Positions 11,788 through 21,370 of a stretch of 64,000 nt of DNA are shown here, one piece after another; the stretch's first letter is position 1; each line of letters starts with the position of its first letter. The DNA is taken from NCBI GenBank assembly GCA_963848085.1, contig CAWKCE010000005.1:303667-367666 (forward strand), in the 5' to 3' direction. This DNA comes from an uncultured Actinomycetota bacterium (GTDB lineage Bacteria > Actinomycetota > Actinomycetes > JAHEKZ01). The notes below the pieces were generated by a model. That model worked only from the letters and a program-made list of their open reading frames with translations. It was not told where the DNA came from and did no database searches. Made by a program: the position numbers and the translations under genes.

Positions 11788-12278
11788 CCCTCGGCATCCG
11801 ACGTCTCGAGCCCAGCGAGTACGCGGAGCGCGACCAGCTTCACCGGTGACGGGTCGTCTGGCCGGCGCAGGATGCCGATCACGTAGGGCGGCAGACCCGC
11901 GGGCCGGCCGCCGACCTCCTCGACCAGCTCGCCGTCGTCGAGCACCGCCATCACCCGGTCCACCGCGACCCCGTAGCTGCCGCCATCCGCGGCGTTGAGG
12001 ACGAGAACGTCACCCGCCTCTTCGGGGTAGGCGGGTGCGCGCAGGTCCACCACGGGGAGCGGGTTGTTGCGGAGCTCGAGGACGCCACTGACCGGCGCCC
12101 GCGTCCCGGGCAACGGGTCGATCCCCACAGCACGGACGACCTCACGGACCTCCTCGAGCCGGCACGCCAAGTCGCGGCCGTCCATGTGGAAGGTGATGTA
12201 GCCGCTCACTGATGTCTCCGCCCTGCCGCCTCGACCGGCCCCGACGCAGCGCGCAGACTGCCGGCCAGGCTTCGACAC
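11778..12278 (-). CDS. cheW: CheW-like coupling protein
   Basis: CheW-domain core [54 protein letters not shown]. The start may be internal, because the listed N-terminus overlaps the cheR stop. Its 3' end overlaps the disA 3' end by 10 nt (convergent). Confidence 0.75.
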   Translation of the reverse strand: MSKPGRQSARCVGAGRGGRAETSVSGYITFHMDGRDLACRLEEVREVVRAVGIDPLPGTRAPVSGVLELRNNPLPVVDLRAPAYPEEAGDVLVLNAADGGSYGVAVDRVMAVLDDGELVEEVGGRPAGLPPYVIGILRRPDDPSPVKLVALRVLAGLETSDAEGQT

Positions 12279-13645
12279 AGGTCTACCAAATCAGACACGT
12301 CCCGGCCGTCGAGCAGCTCGCCGAGCCGCTCCGGAGAGGTGGTGGGGAGTGCTTCGGCGGCGGCACCGAAGGACCGGGCCGCGCCCTCGGGGTCGCCGAC
12401 CCGGCTCAGCGTCGTCGCCAGCAGGAAATGGGCGTGACCGGCGGCCGGCTCGAGGAACACCGCTTTGCGCAGGGCCGCGATCGCACCGTCGTCGTCCCCG
12501 AGGTTCGCCAACGAACGCCCAGCCACCACGTAGGCCTCCAGGAGCAGCGGATGCGCCGCCGTGGCGCGCTCGGCGAGCGAGGCGGCCTCCTGGTACCGGC
12601 CCTCAGCCAGCGCTCGTCGCGCCCCGACCAGGTCGTCGGCGGGACTGGGGCGCACGGTGGTCAGTTCCGCGGCGACAGCCTCAGCCCATGGTGCCGGGCC
12701 TCGCGGAGCCCCACGCCCGCCACGCGGAGGTGGCGGTGGACCGGCCGGACGCACCGGCGCGGTGAGCCTGGCGGGTGGAGAGGTGCGCGTCTTCGCGGCA
12801 CGGGTCGGGGGCACGTCCTTGCGGTAGACGAACGCCTCTCCCACCGGGACCAGGGAGAACGAGTCACTGATCTGCCACAGCGTCTCGGCATGGCCGAGGA
12901 GCAGGTAGGCCCCGTGGTTCATCGTGCGGTGGAAGACCTGCACCAGGTCGCGAGTCGTGTCCCTGGCGAAGTAGATGGTCACGTTGCGACAGACGACGAT
13001 GTCGACCTCACCGGGCCCGAACGGAGGCGGGTCGGTGATCAGGTTCTGCAACTGGAACTCGACGAGCGCGCGGATCTCCGGGCGGACCACCGAGGTCCCG
13101 TCCGGCCGCGACTCGAACCAACGACGCGCGACTGCTTGGTCCGCCAGCTGGACCGTGCGGCCGCCGTAGACACCGCGGCGGGCCACCTCGAGCGCGGAGG
13201 AGGAGACGTCGGTCCCGAGGATCCGGACCGGCACGCTGCCACCAGACCCCATCAGGTCGAGCAGGATCATCGCGAGCGTGTATGGCTCCTCTCCCGTGGA
13301 GCACCCGGCCGACCAGATCGTCAACGGCCGTCGCTCGGCCCGCGCCCGTTCGACGAGCTCCGGGAGGACCGCGGCCCGCAGCGCCTCGATCTGCGGAAGG
13401 TTACGGAAGAAGTGCGTCTCCTGGATGGTCACCGCGTTCAACAACGCCTGCCGCTCCGCGCCTCCGGTCGGACTGGCCACCAGCTCGAGATAGGTCATGA
13501 CGTCCGGCCGGTCGCTTGCCTCGATCCGGTCGCGCACGATCGCGCTGAGAGCGGCACGCCGGCTGTCGTCGAACTCCAGCCCCGCCAACTGGACCAGCGC
13601 GGCCGTAGTCGCGTCGTACTCGGCGTCGGTCAGCAGGTGGGTCAC
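12206..13645 (-). CDS. cheR: CheR-type protein-glutamate O-methyltransferase with C-terminal TPR repeats
   Basis: CheR N-terminal all-alpha domain, and a SAM-dependent methyltransferase core (TIWSAGCSTGEEPYTLAMIL, VCRNVTIYF). Followed by a ~180-aa Ala-rich TPR-like region (AEGRYQEAASLAERA..., HPLLLEAYVVAGRSLANLGD...). Confidence 0.85.
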   Translation of the reverse strand: MTHLLTDAEYDATTAALVQLAGLEFDDSRRAALSAIVRDRIEASDRPDVMTYLELVASPTGGAERQALLNAVTIQETHFFRNLPQIEALRAAVLPELVERARAERRPLTIWSAGCSTGEEPYTLAMILLDLMGSGGSVPVRILGTDVSSSALEVARRGVYGGRTVQLADQAVARRWFESRPDGTSVVRPEIRALVEFQLQNLITDPPPFGPGEVDIVVCRNVTIYFARDTTRDLVQVFHRTMNHGAYLLLGHAETLWQISDSFSLVPVGEAFVYRKDVPPTRAAKTRTSPPARLTAPVRPAGPPPPPRGGRGAPRGPAPWAEAVAAELTTVRPSPADDLVGARRALAEGRYQEAASLAERATAAHPLLLEAYVVAGRSLANLGDDDGAIAALRKAVFLEPAAGHAHFLLATTLSRVGDPEGAARSFGAAAEALPTTSPERLGELLDGRDVSDLVDLCRSLAGSLRAASGPVEAAGRRHQ

Positions 13646-14793
13646 GACGGGGCTCCCGCCATCGGCGCCGCCGCCCGTCCGACGGCGGCCACCACCTCGC
13701 GGCCGACGGCGGCCAGCGGCAGCTCGAGATCGACCGCGTCGAGCTCCTGCGCTGCTGCCGGCATGCCCCAGACGACGCTGGTCGCCTCGTCCTGGCCGAT
13801 GGTGCGCGCACCGACGTCCCGCAGCATCCTCAGGCCGGCCGCTCCGTCGCGCCCCATGCCGGTCAGCAGTACGCCGACCGAGCGCGACCCGGCATACTCG
13901 GCCACACTGCGGAACGTCACGTCGACGCCGGGCACGTGGTACTGACCGGGCTGGGGGTCGAGCAGCCCTACCCGGAAGCCCGGGCGCAGCACCAAGTTCT
14001 GGTTGGCTGGAGCCAGGTAGACCTGACCCGCCTGAAGATGCTCGCCCTCGACCGCGACCGCGACCGGCAACGGACAGACGCCGTCCAACCAGCGGGCCAG
14101 TCCCTCGACGAAACCCTCGGCCATGTGTTGCACCACCAACACCGCCGCCGGCAGGTCCGGCGGAAGCTCGGCCAGGATCGTGGCCAGCGCCGGAGGTCCT
14201 CCGGTGGAGGCGCCGATCGCGACGACCGGCGGACCGGCGGCGACCATGCCAGCTGGTCCGCCGCGTGGACGGGTGGCGGACGCAGCGCCCGTCCCCGTCG
14301 TGACCGCACCCGGACGGCCGTCGATGGCCCGGTGCAGCCCGCGGCTTCGTAGGCGCCCACGGGGGTGGGTGATCACCCGGACCCGGCTGGCGACGGTCAG
14401 GTGCCGGCGAACCAGGTGCGCGTAGTCGGCCGCTCCGGGCGGGAGGTCGAGGTCGCCGACGACGTCCACCGCCCCGGCCGCGATGGCTGCCTCCGGGTGC
14501 TCGGCGGCAGCGCCGATGACGACGATGGGAGTCGCGCGGACCGCCATGATCCGCTCGATCGCCTCCAGCCCGCCACCCCAGAGGTCGAGGTCGAGCAGGA
14601 CGGCGTTCGGCTGCAGCTGCAGGACCAGCGACTCCGCTGAGGAGGCGTCCTGAGCTGCTCCGCAGACCACGATGTTCGGGGCCGCGAGCAGCCGCTCGAG
14701 CACCTTGAGCCGGGTCCGGGTCCCGGCGACGAGGGCGACCGACAGCACGGCAACGCCTCCCCCACCCCCACGGGCCCCGTCGGTCGACGACAC
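13642..14793 (-). CDS. cheB: CheB-like protein-glutamate methylesterase with degenerate N-terminal receiver-like domain
   Basis: Methylesterase triad context present: IGASTGGPPAL (Ser), VVQHMAEGF (His), TGMGRDGAAGL (Asp). The N-terminal ~120 aa aligns to a REC fold but lacks the DD acidic pocket (VAVLSVALVAGTRT). 4-nt overlap with cheR. Confidence 0.8.
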   Translation of the reverse strand: MSSTDGARGGGGGVAVLSVALVAGTRTRLKVLERLLAAPNIVVCGAAQDASSAESLVLQLQPNAVLLDLDLWGGGLEAIERIMAVRATPIVVIGAAAEHPEAAIAAGAVDVVGDLDLPPGAADYAHLVRRHLTVASRVRVITHPRGRLRSRGLHRAIDGRPGAVTTGTGAASATRPRGGPAGMVAAGPPVVAIGASTGGPPALATILAELPPDLPAAVLVVQHMAEGFVEGLARWLDGVCPLPVAVAVEGEHLQAGQVYLAPANQNLVLRPGFRVGLLDPQPGQYHVPGVDVTFRSVAEYAGSRSVGVLLTGMGRDGAAGLRMLRDVGARTIGQDEATSVVWGMPAAAQELDAVDLELPLAAVGREVVAAVGRAAAPMAGAPS

Positions 14794-14883
14794 GCGTCCT
14801 CCAGTCGACGGCGCAGTACCGAGCGTCGTCCTCGAAGGTGTCGTCGGGGCGGGACTCCTACTTGAGCGGCACGGCCGCTGGGA

Positions 14884-15513
14884 TCACCCGCCCTGGAGCG
14901 TGAAAGTCGCGGGTTCGCTCAGCAGCTTCAGGTTGCGAGCCAGGACCTCGTACTGGCCCGGGTCGACCAGCGGCTCATCGCTGGGGCATCCCGGCTGGGA
15001 GGTCTGCCGCGACCAGGTGACCGTCTGGGACACGCTTTCTCCCGGCTCGAACTCCACGACGTCCTTGGCCCCGCCCGGGCTGCAGTCGTCGGACGACCAG
15101 ACGCGCGAGCCACGGGAGGACACCCGCAGCTCGAGGGCCGGCTGACCGACGTCGCGCCGGCAGGTGACATCGGAGTCGTTGGCGACGGTGAGGGAGAACT
15201 TCGGCTCGACACCTGCCGGGTAGACCTCGGCATCCGTCGAGACCGTGACCGACAGGTCCTGGCCGCGACAGTCAGGGGCCTTGGAAACGGTGGGCGAGGC
15301 CCTCTTCGTGGCCTTCGGCGACGACGAGCTGACGGTGGGGCTCGGCGACGGGCTGGAAGGCGACGGTGACGCCGTCGGCGTGGCTGTGCCCGCCACCGCG
15401 GCGGAGCCGTCGCCGCCACCACGAGAACCGAACAGCCACCACAACCCGGCCAGCAGCGCCAGGACCAGCAGGACGATGAGCGCCCTGCGGAACCAGTAGA
15501 CGCCAGGCGACAT
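14884..15513 (-). CDS. DUF4232-like membrane-anchored protein with Ser/Pro-rich linker
   Basis: N-terminal TM anchor (ALIVLLVLALLAGLWWLF), an S/P/T-rich low-complexity linker, and a C-terminal Cys-containing beta-rich domain (CRGQDLSVTV...TCRRDVG...DDCSPGG...GCPSD). The start is uncertain. Confidence 0.65.
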   Translation of the reverse strand: MSPGVYWFRRALIVLLVLALLAGLWWLFGSRGGGDGSAAVAGTATPTASPSPSSPSPSPTVSSSSPKATKRASPTVSKAPDCRGQDLSVTVSTDAEVYPAGVEPKFSLTVANDSDVTCRRDVGQPALELRVSSRGSRVWSSDDCSPGGAKDVVEFEPGESVSQTVTWSRQTSQPGCPSDEPLVDPGQYEVLARNLKLLSEPATFTLQGG

Positions 15514-15570
15514 GGGCCCGACCGGTCGAAGTACCACGGTGGCAGCCTACGGACCCGGTCGGACAAGCGC

Positions 15571-16521
15571 GTGACCGACGCGCGTGCCACCATCGGCGCC
15601 ACGATGGCCAATCCCACGCTGGTCCCCTCCTTGCTGGAGTGGTACCGGGCGCACGCCCGCACTCTCCCGTGGCGACAGCCCGACATGAACCCGTGGGGGG
15701 TTCTCGTCAGCGAGTTCATGCTGCAACAGACTCCAGTAGCACGCGTGGTTCCGGTCTACCAGGCGTGGCTGGCCCGCTGGCCGTACCCGGCGGCACTCGC
15801 CGCGGCTCAACCCGGAGAGGCCGTGCGCATGTGGGGTCGGCTCGGCTACCCGAGACGAGCGTTGCGGCTGCACGCATCCGCCCTGGTCTGCGTGGACCGG
15901 CATGGTGGCTCCGTCCCCACGGCCGTCGACGACCTCCGGGCTCTCCCCGGAGTCGGCGACTACACCGCCGCCGCGGTCGCGGCGTTCGCGTTCGGACAGC
16001 GGACGGTGGTGTTGGACAGCAACGTTCGCCGGGTGCACGCCCGGCTGCTCGGCGGCCGCGAGCGAGCGCCGGCTGCCTCCCCCAGCGTCGCCGAACGCGT
16101 CCGAGCCGAGCAGCTGCTGCCGCGGGACGCGCAGAGCGCCGCGCGGCTGTCGGTCGCTGTCATGGAGCTGGGCGCCTTGGTGTGCACTGCGCGGGCGCCG
16201 TCCTGCGGCCGGTGCCCGGTCGCCGAGAGCTGTGTGTGGCTGCGCGAGGGCAGACCGGCCTGGACCGGACCCACACGTCCGCCCCAACGCTATGCCGGGA
16301 CCGACCGCCAGTGTCGTGGTCGCCTGCTTGACGTCGTGCGTGCCGCGCCGGGAACCGTGGACAGGTCAGCCCTCGATGCGGTCTGGAGCGACGACATCCA
16401 GCGCGAGCGGGCGTTGCACAGCCTCCTCGTCGACGGGCTGATCGAGGTCGTGGCGCAACCCGGGCGGGACGGCCTTTCCCAGCCCGGCTACCGGCTCCCG
16501 TCGAGACCGCACCGGCGGTAG
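15571..16521 (+). CDS. mutY: A/G-specific adenine DNA glycosylase
   Basis: HhH-GPD domain (LPGVGDYTAAAVAAFAFG) and a 4Fe-4S cluster loop C-x6-C-x2-C-x5-C (CTARAPSCGRCPVAESC). Short actinobacterial MutY form. Confidence 0.88.
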   Translation: MTDARATIGATMANPTLVPSLLEWYRAHARTLPWRQPDMNPWGVLVSEFMLQQTPVARVVPVYQAWLARWPYPAALAAAQPGEAVRMWGRLGYPRRALRLHASALVCVDRHGGSVPTAVDDLRALPGVGDYTAAAVAAFAFGQRTVVLDSNVRRVHARLLGGRERAPAASPSVAERVRAEQLLPRDAQSAARLSVAVMELGALVCTARAPSCGRCPVAESCVWLREGRPAWTGPTRPPQRYAGTDRQCRGRLLDVVRAAPGTVDRSALDAVWSDDIQRERALHSLLVDGLIEVVAQPGRDGLSQPGYRLPSRPHRR

Positions 16522-16567
16522 CTGGGGGACCGACGCGCCGCAGATGTGCTCGTAGTGACACAGTGGC

Positions 16568-17236
16568 TTGATGGGGTTGTGGCGGTCACCGGGTGACTGG
16601 GACGACTACGAGTGGTTCCGGCTGGCGGACGTGGTCGATGCTCCCGTCGCTCGCGCACGCTCTGACGACCCGGACAGCGCCGACGACGCCGGAGTGGCGA
16701 TGGGCCGGTGGCTGGTCGACAAGCTGCGGGCCGAACCGTTGTGGTCGCCCGACGCCGGACGTCGCATCCTGCTGGTCGACCTGGACAACCTGCGCGCCGC
16801 TCCGAGTCGACTGCGGGCTCGCCTCACGGTCGTCGTCGAGCTCGCTCGGGAGGCCGACCACGCCGCATTCGCCGGTCAGGCAGGCGCCGTCCGCCGGTCG
16901 CGACCCTGGCTCGCCGAGTTCGCCACGGACGTCCAGGAAGTTCCGGACGGCAGCGACCTCGCCGACCACGCGCTGCTCGACAGGGCGTCCGCAATCTCGG
17001 CCAAGTCGGTCCAGTTCGTCGTCGTGAGCAACGACGGCATCTTCGCCAGCCTCGCCGACCGAGGGCCGATCGGCCTGCTGAGCCCCGGATCGGACGCACT
17101 GAGCGACAGGCTCCGGGACGCCGCGAGCCGCACGATCGACCTGACTGCGCTGGAGAAGCAGGCTGCGGCTGAGCGCGCCAAGGCCCAGCGGGCGGCACGG
17201 CGACGCAGCCGAAAGCGCGCCGGCGTGACCACCTAG
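16568..17236 (+). CDS. NYN/LabA-like (DUF88-type) domain hypothetical protein
   Basis: RILLVDLDNL ... FVVVSNDGIFASLA pattern of an NYN/LabA PIN-like fold. Basic Arg/Lys-rich C-terminal tail (AQRAARRRSRKRAG). Confidence 0.55.
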   Translation: MMGLWRSPGDWDDYEWFRLADVVDAPVARARSDDPDSADDAGVAMGRWLVDKLRAEPLWSPDAGRRILLVDLDNLRAAPSRLRARLTVVVELAREADHAAFAGQAGAVRRSRPWLAEFATDVQEVPDGSDLADHALLDRASAISAKSVQFVVVSNDGIFASLADRGPIGLLSPGSDALSDRLRDAASRTIDLTALEKQAAAERAKAQRAARRRSRKRAGVTT

Positions 17237-17287
17237 CTCCCCTCCCGCGACCGCCTCGCGGCGAACTCTTCCCGCAGGCATCATGGC

Positions 17288-18133
17288 GTGATGCCGGAAC
17301 CGGACGTGACTCAACTGGCACAGCTGACGTCGCGGGGACCCGTCGTGGTTCTCAGCGGCGCCGGACTGTCGACAGAGTCCGGCATCCCTGACTACCGAGG
17401 ACCCAACGGATCAGCCAGCCGGCGCCACGTACCGATGACGGGCCAGACGTTTCGCCGGAGCGACGACGCCCGTCGCCGCTACTGGGCGCGCAGCCACCTG
17501 GGCTGGTCGCTGATGTCACAGGCCGAGCCGAACGACGGCCACCACGCTGTCCGGTCGCTGGAGGATCGCGGCGTTGTTGTGGGCACCATCACGCAGAACG
17601 TGGACGGGCTGCACCAGGCGGCCGGCTCCCATACCGTGATCGACCTGCACGGCCGGCTCGACCGGGTGGTCTGCCTCCGGTGCGGAGCTCGCACGTCGCG
17701 TGAGGTGGTGCGGCATCGGCTGGAAGCCGCCAACCCGGGGTGGGTGTCCAGTGCGCAGGCCGTGAATCCCGATGGCGACGTCGAGGTCGACGACCACGCG
17801 GTCCAGGAGTTCGTGGTCGTCGCCTGCCAAGAGTGCGAAGGAGAGCTCAAGCCGGACGTGGTCTTCTTTGGCGAGGGAGTGCCCCGCGAGCGAGTGCAGG
17901 ACTCCTACCGGATGCTCGCGGAGGCATCGACTCTCCTGGTGCTCGGGAGCTCGCTCCAGGTGTTCTCCGGTCGGCGCTTCGTGATGCGCGCATCCCAGGA
18001 CGGCATTCCCGTTGCCATCGTCAACCAAGGTCCCACCCGCGGCGACGATCTCGCCCAGCTGAAGATCGACGCACCACTCGGCGTCACCCTGGCCCGGCTG
18101 GTCAACGAGCTGCCGGTCTGCCCAGCCCGCTAG
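17288..18133 (+). CDS. cobB: NAD-dependent protein deacylase (sirtuin, CobB/SrtN family)
   Basis: GAGLSTESGIPDYRG NAD-binding motif and catalytic His context (TQNVDGLHQ). Zn-binding CxxC...CxxC (CLRCGAR ... CQECEG). Confidence 0.9.
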   Translation: MMPEPDVTQLAQLTSRGPVVVLSGAGLSTESGIPDYRGPNGSASRRHVPMTGQTFRRSDDARRRYWARSHLGWSLMSQAEPNDGHHAVRSLEDRGVVVGTITQNVDGLHQAAGSHTVIDLHGRLDRVVCLRCGARTSREVVRHRLEAANPGWVSSAQAVNPDGDVEVDDHAVQEFVVVACQECEGELKPDVVFFGEGVPRERVQDSYRMLAEASTLLVLGSSLQVFSGRRFVMRASQDGIPVAIVNQGPTRGDDLAQLKIDAPLGVTLARLVNELPVCPAR

Positions 18134-18178
18134 GACCGCCTCCCCCGCGCGTGGTCGATCAAGGGACCCCGGTCGACG

Positions 18179-20683
18179 TCAGTCCGCCGTTCCGGCAGCC
18201 TCGACCGGCGGATGGTCCGGAAGCTCGGTCTTGGGCTCCCCCGTGAACGTGTAGTGGGCGTCCTCGCCCTCCCCCTCGACGTCGACGACCACCAGCGACC
18301 CGGGGAGGAGCTCACCGAACAGGATCTTCTCGCTCAGCTGGTCCTCCAGATCGCGCTGGATCGTGCGCCGGAGCGGCCGCGCACCGAGGACCGGGTCGTA
18401 GCCACGCTTGGCCAGCCGCTCCTTGGCCGCCGTCGTGAGCTCGATGCCCATGTCACGGTCCTTGAGCCGCTCGTCCACCTTCTCGAGCATGAGGTCGACG
18501 ATCTGCACGATCTCGGCCTCGGTGAGCTGGTTGAAGACGACGATGTCGTCGATGCGGTTCAGGAACTCCGGCCGGAAATGCTGCTTCAGCTCGTCGTTGA
18601 CCTTGTTCTTCATCTTCTCGTAGGTGGACTGAGCGGTCTCCGAGCCGGCAAAACCGAGGTTGACCGCCTTGGAGATGTCTCGCGTGCCGAGGTTCGTCGT
18701 CATGATGATGACGGTGTTCTTGAAGTCCACCGAACGACCTTGGGCGTCGGTGAGCCGACCGTCCTCGAGGACCTGCAGCAGCGAGTTGAAGATGTCCGGG
18801 TGCGCCTTCTCGATCTCGTCGAACAGCACAACCGAGAACGGCTTGCGCCGAACCTTCTCGGTGAGCTGGCCGCCCTCCTCGTAGCCGACGTAGCCGGGAG
18901 GTGATCCGAACAGCCGGGAGACCGTGTGCTTCTCGCTGAACTCGCTCATGTCGAGCATGATCAGCGAGTCCTCGCTCCCGAACAGGAACTGGGACAGGGT
19001 CTTCGACAGCTCGGTCTTCCCGACGCCGGAGGGCCCGGCGAAGATGAACGAACCAGATGGGCGCTTGGGGTCCTTCAGCCCGGCCCGCGTCCGGCGGATC
19101 GCCTGCGAGAGCGCCTTGATCGCGTCGTGCTGACCGATCACCCGCTGGTGAAGCTCGTCCTCCATCGTGAGCAGGCGGGCGCTCTCCTCCTCGGTGAGTC
19201 GGTGGACTGGGATTCCGGTCGCGGTGGCCAGCACCTCGGCGATGAGCTCCTCGTCGACCTCGGCGACGGCATCCATGTCGCCTGCCTTCCACTCCCGCTC
19301 GCGCTGTGCGCGCTCGCCGAGCAGCTGCTTCTCGCTGTCCCGCAGCGACGCCGCCTTCTCGAAGTCCTGCGCGTCGATCGCAGACTCCTTCTCACGCCGC
19401 ACCTGGGCAATGCGCTCGTCGAACTCGCGTAGGTCCGGCGGCGCTGTCATCCGACGGATGCGCAGCCGCGATCCGGCCTCGTCGATGAGGTCAATTGCCT
19501 TGTCCGGCAGGAAGCGGTCGGACACGTAGCGATCGGCCATCGTCGCCGCCGCGACCAAGGCAGCGTCGGTGATGTTGACCCGGTGGTGGGCCTCGTAGCG
19601 GTCCCGCAGGCCCTTGAGGATCTCGATGGTGTGCGACAGGGACGGCTCCTGCACCTGGATCGGCTGGAAGCGCCGCTCCAAGGCTGCGTCCTTCTCGAGG
19701 TGCTTGCGGTACTCGTCGATCGTCGTTGCGCCGATGGTCTGCAGCTCGCCTCGGGCAAGCATCGGCTTGAGGATGCTGGCAGCATCGATGGCACCCTCGG
19801 CGGCGCCTGCGCCCACCAACGTGTGCAGCTCGTCAATGAACAAGATGATGTCGCCGCGCGTGCGGATCTCCTTGAGGACCTTCTTCAGCCGCTCCTCGAA
19901 GTCACCGCGGTACCGACTGCCGGCCACCAACGCCCCGAGGTCCAGCGTGTAGAGCTGCTTGTCCTTCAGCGTCTCGGGCACCTCGCCCTTGATGATGGCC
20001 TGGGCGAGGCCCTCCACCACCGCCGTCTTGCCCACGCCGGGCTCACCAATGAGCACCGGGTTGTTCTTGGTTCGACGGGACAGCACCTGCATGACCCGCT
20101 CGATCTCCATCTCGCGCCCGATGACCGGGTCCAGCTTGCCCTCGCGGGCGGCTTGCGTGAGGTTGCGGCCGAACTGGTCGAGGACCAACGAGGTCGACGG
20201 AGCCGCCTCACCGGCCGGGCCGCCGGCGGTGGCGGGCTCCTTGCCCTGGTAGCCGGACAGCAGCTGGATGACCTGCTGCCGCACCCGGTTGAGGTCCGCT
20301 CCCAGCTTGACCAGAACCTGCGCGGCGACGCCTTCGCCCTCGCGGATCAGGCCGAGCAGGATGTGCTCGGTGCCGATGTAGTTGTGGCCCAGCTGGAGCG
20401 CCTCGCGCAGCGACAGCTCCAGGACCTTCTTGGCACGCGGCGTGAACGGAATATGCCCGCTCGGCGCCTGCTGGCCCTGGCCGATGATCTCCTCGACCTG
20501 CTGGCGCACCGCCTCCAACGAGATGCCGAGCGACTCGAGAGCCTTGGCCGCCACTCCCTCGCCCTCGTGGATCAGCCCGAGCAGGATGTGCTCGGTGCCG
20601 ATGTAGTTGTGGTTGAGCATGCGGGCCTCTTCTTGGGCCAGCACGACCACCCGACGGGCTCGGTCGGTAAATCGTTCGAACAT
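18179..20683 (-). CDS. clpC1: ATP-dependent Clp protease ATP-binding subunit ClpC1
   Basis: Two Clp-N repeats ([37 protein letters not shown] ...). AAA+ D1 ([15 protein letters not shown]) and D2 ([14 protein letters not shown]) modules and a UVR-like coiled coil. Trimmed to the ATG at 20683, which has a GGAGA ribosome-binding site. Confidence 0.95.
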   Translation of the reverse strand: MFERFTDRARRVVVLAQEEARMLNHNYIGTEHILLGLIHEGEGVAAKALESLGISLEAVRQQVEEIIGQGQQAPSGHIPFTPRAKKVLELSLREALQLGHNYIGTEHILLGLIREGEGVAAQVLVKLGADLNRVRQQVIQLLSGYQGKEPATAGGPAGEAAPSTSLVLDQFGRNLTQAAREGKLDPVIGREMEIERVMQVLSRRTKNNPVLIGEPGVGKTAVVEGLAQAIIKGEVPETLKDKQLYTLDLGALVAGSRYRGDFEERLKKVLKEIRTRGDIILFIDELHTLVGAGAAEGAIDAASILKPMLARGELQTIGATTIDEYRKHLEKDAALERRFQPIQVQEPSLSHTIEILKGLRDRYEAHHRVNITDAALVAAATMADRYVSDRFLPDKAIDLIDEAGSRLRIRRMTAPPDLREFDERIAQVRREKESAIDAQDFEKAASLRDSEKQLLGERAQREREWKAGDMDAVAEVDEELIAEVLATATGIPVHRLTEEESARLLTMEDELHQRVIGQHDAIKALSQAIRRTRAGLKDPKRPSGSFIFAGPSGVGKTELSKTLSQFLFGSEDSLIMLDMSEFSEKHTVSRLFGSPPGYVGYEEGGQLTEKVRRKPFSVVLFDEIEKAHPDIFNSLLQVLEDGRLTDAQGRSVDFKNTVIIMTTNLGTRDISKAVNLGFAGSETAQSTYEKMKNKVNDELKQHFRPEFLNRIDDIVVFNQLTEAEIVQIVDLMLEKVDERLKDRDMGIELTTAAKERLAKRGYDPVLGARPLRRTIQRDLEDQLSEKILFGELLPGSLVVVDVEGEGEDAHYTFTGEPKTELPDHPPVEAAGTAD

Positions 20684-20927
20684 GCTCGGGTCTCCTCGTC
20701 GAGCGGCACGTACCTTCGGCGGACGTCCGGAGGGAGCCACCGCCCTGCCTGGCATGCTAGCCCGGTCAGCAGGGTGCTTCTCGTCCACCGGACGGGGTCC
20801 CCCGCCCGGCGCACAAGGGGAACGTCGGCCCGCGCCGGGCTGTTCCTGAGCGCCGAGCCGTTGCGATACGCCAACAGCGAAATGCACCGCGTCGGACCGA
20901 GACGGCCCGACGCGCGCGCTCAGCGGC

Positions 20928-21251
20928 TCAGCGGGTGGCTTCGTACTGGGCGACGATGGTCGCCGGAATGCGCCCTCTTTCGTTCACCTGGAGGCCCTGC
21001 GACTTGGCCCACCTGCGAATCTCGGCGCTGTTCCCGGCACCCTTTCCGCTCCGGGAGGAGCGGCGGCCGGACCCGCGGGTCGCCTTGCGCGCGTGGCCCA
21101 CATAGGGCGCCATGACGTCGCGGAACCGGGCCGCATTGGCGCTCGACAGGTCGATCTCGTAGTTGGCTCCGTCCAGCGAGAAGGCGAGGGTCTCGTCGGC
21201 CGACCCGCCGTCCATGTCGTCGACCAGAACGACCTGCACCTTTTGCGCCAT
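20928..21251 (-). CDS. lsr2: Nucleoid-associated protein Lsr2
   Basis: MAQKVQVVLVDDMDGGSADETLAFSLDGANYEIDLSSANAARFR... N-terminal dimerisation domain, and a C-terminal RGRIP AT-hook-like DNA-binding motif (NERGRIPATIVAQYEA). Upstream of clpC1 as in mycobacteria. Confidence 0.93.
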   Translation of the reverse strand: MAQKVQVVLVDDMDGGSADETLAFSLDGANYEIDLSSANAARFRDVMAPYVGHARKATRGSGRRSSRSGKGAGNSAEIRRWAKSQGLQVNERGRIPATIVAQYEATR

Positions 21252-21370
21252 GAATTCCGCCTCATCTGGAAAGAGAATGTCACCGTAATTCCTCGCAAAT
21301 GGTATGGCCTATTCCGACCGCAATCAATTCCTCTCACAATCACCGTCGGCGATCTAGTGACGGCCACCTG
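21252..21370. promoter_or_regulatory. AT-rich island upstream of lsr2 (lsr2 / divergent GNAT promoter region)
   Basis: ~110 bp at roughly 45% GC against a ~72% GC background (gaattccgcctcatctggaaagagaatgtcaccgtaattcctcgcaaatggtatggcctattccgaccgcaatcaattcctctcacaatcacc). Lsr2 proteins bind AT-rich DNA. Confidence 0.5.

Noticed and set aside
17288-18133. SIR2-domain protein as a possible anti-phage effector (Thoeris/DSR-like)
   Set aside because: Its size (281 aa), GAGLSTESGIPDYRG motif and Zn ribbon identify it as a housekeeping CobB-type sirtuin. There are no TIR, HerA or pAgo partner genes.
19583-21115. 510-aa + strand ORF across clpC1 and lsr2
   Set aside because: Antisense to two well-supported genes (ClpC1 with AAA+ motifs, and Lsr2). 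Its Leu/Arg/Asp-rich composition reflects the complementary codon bias.
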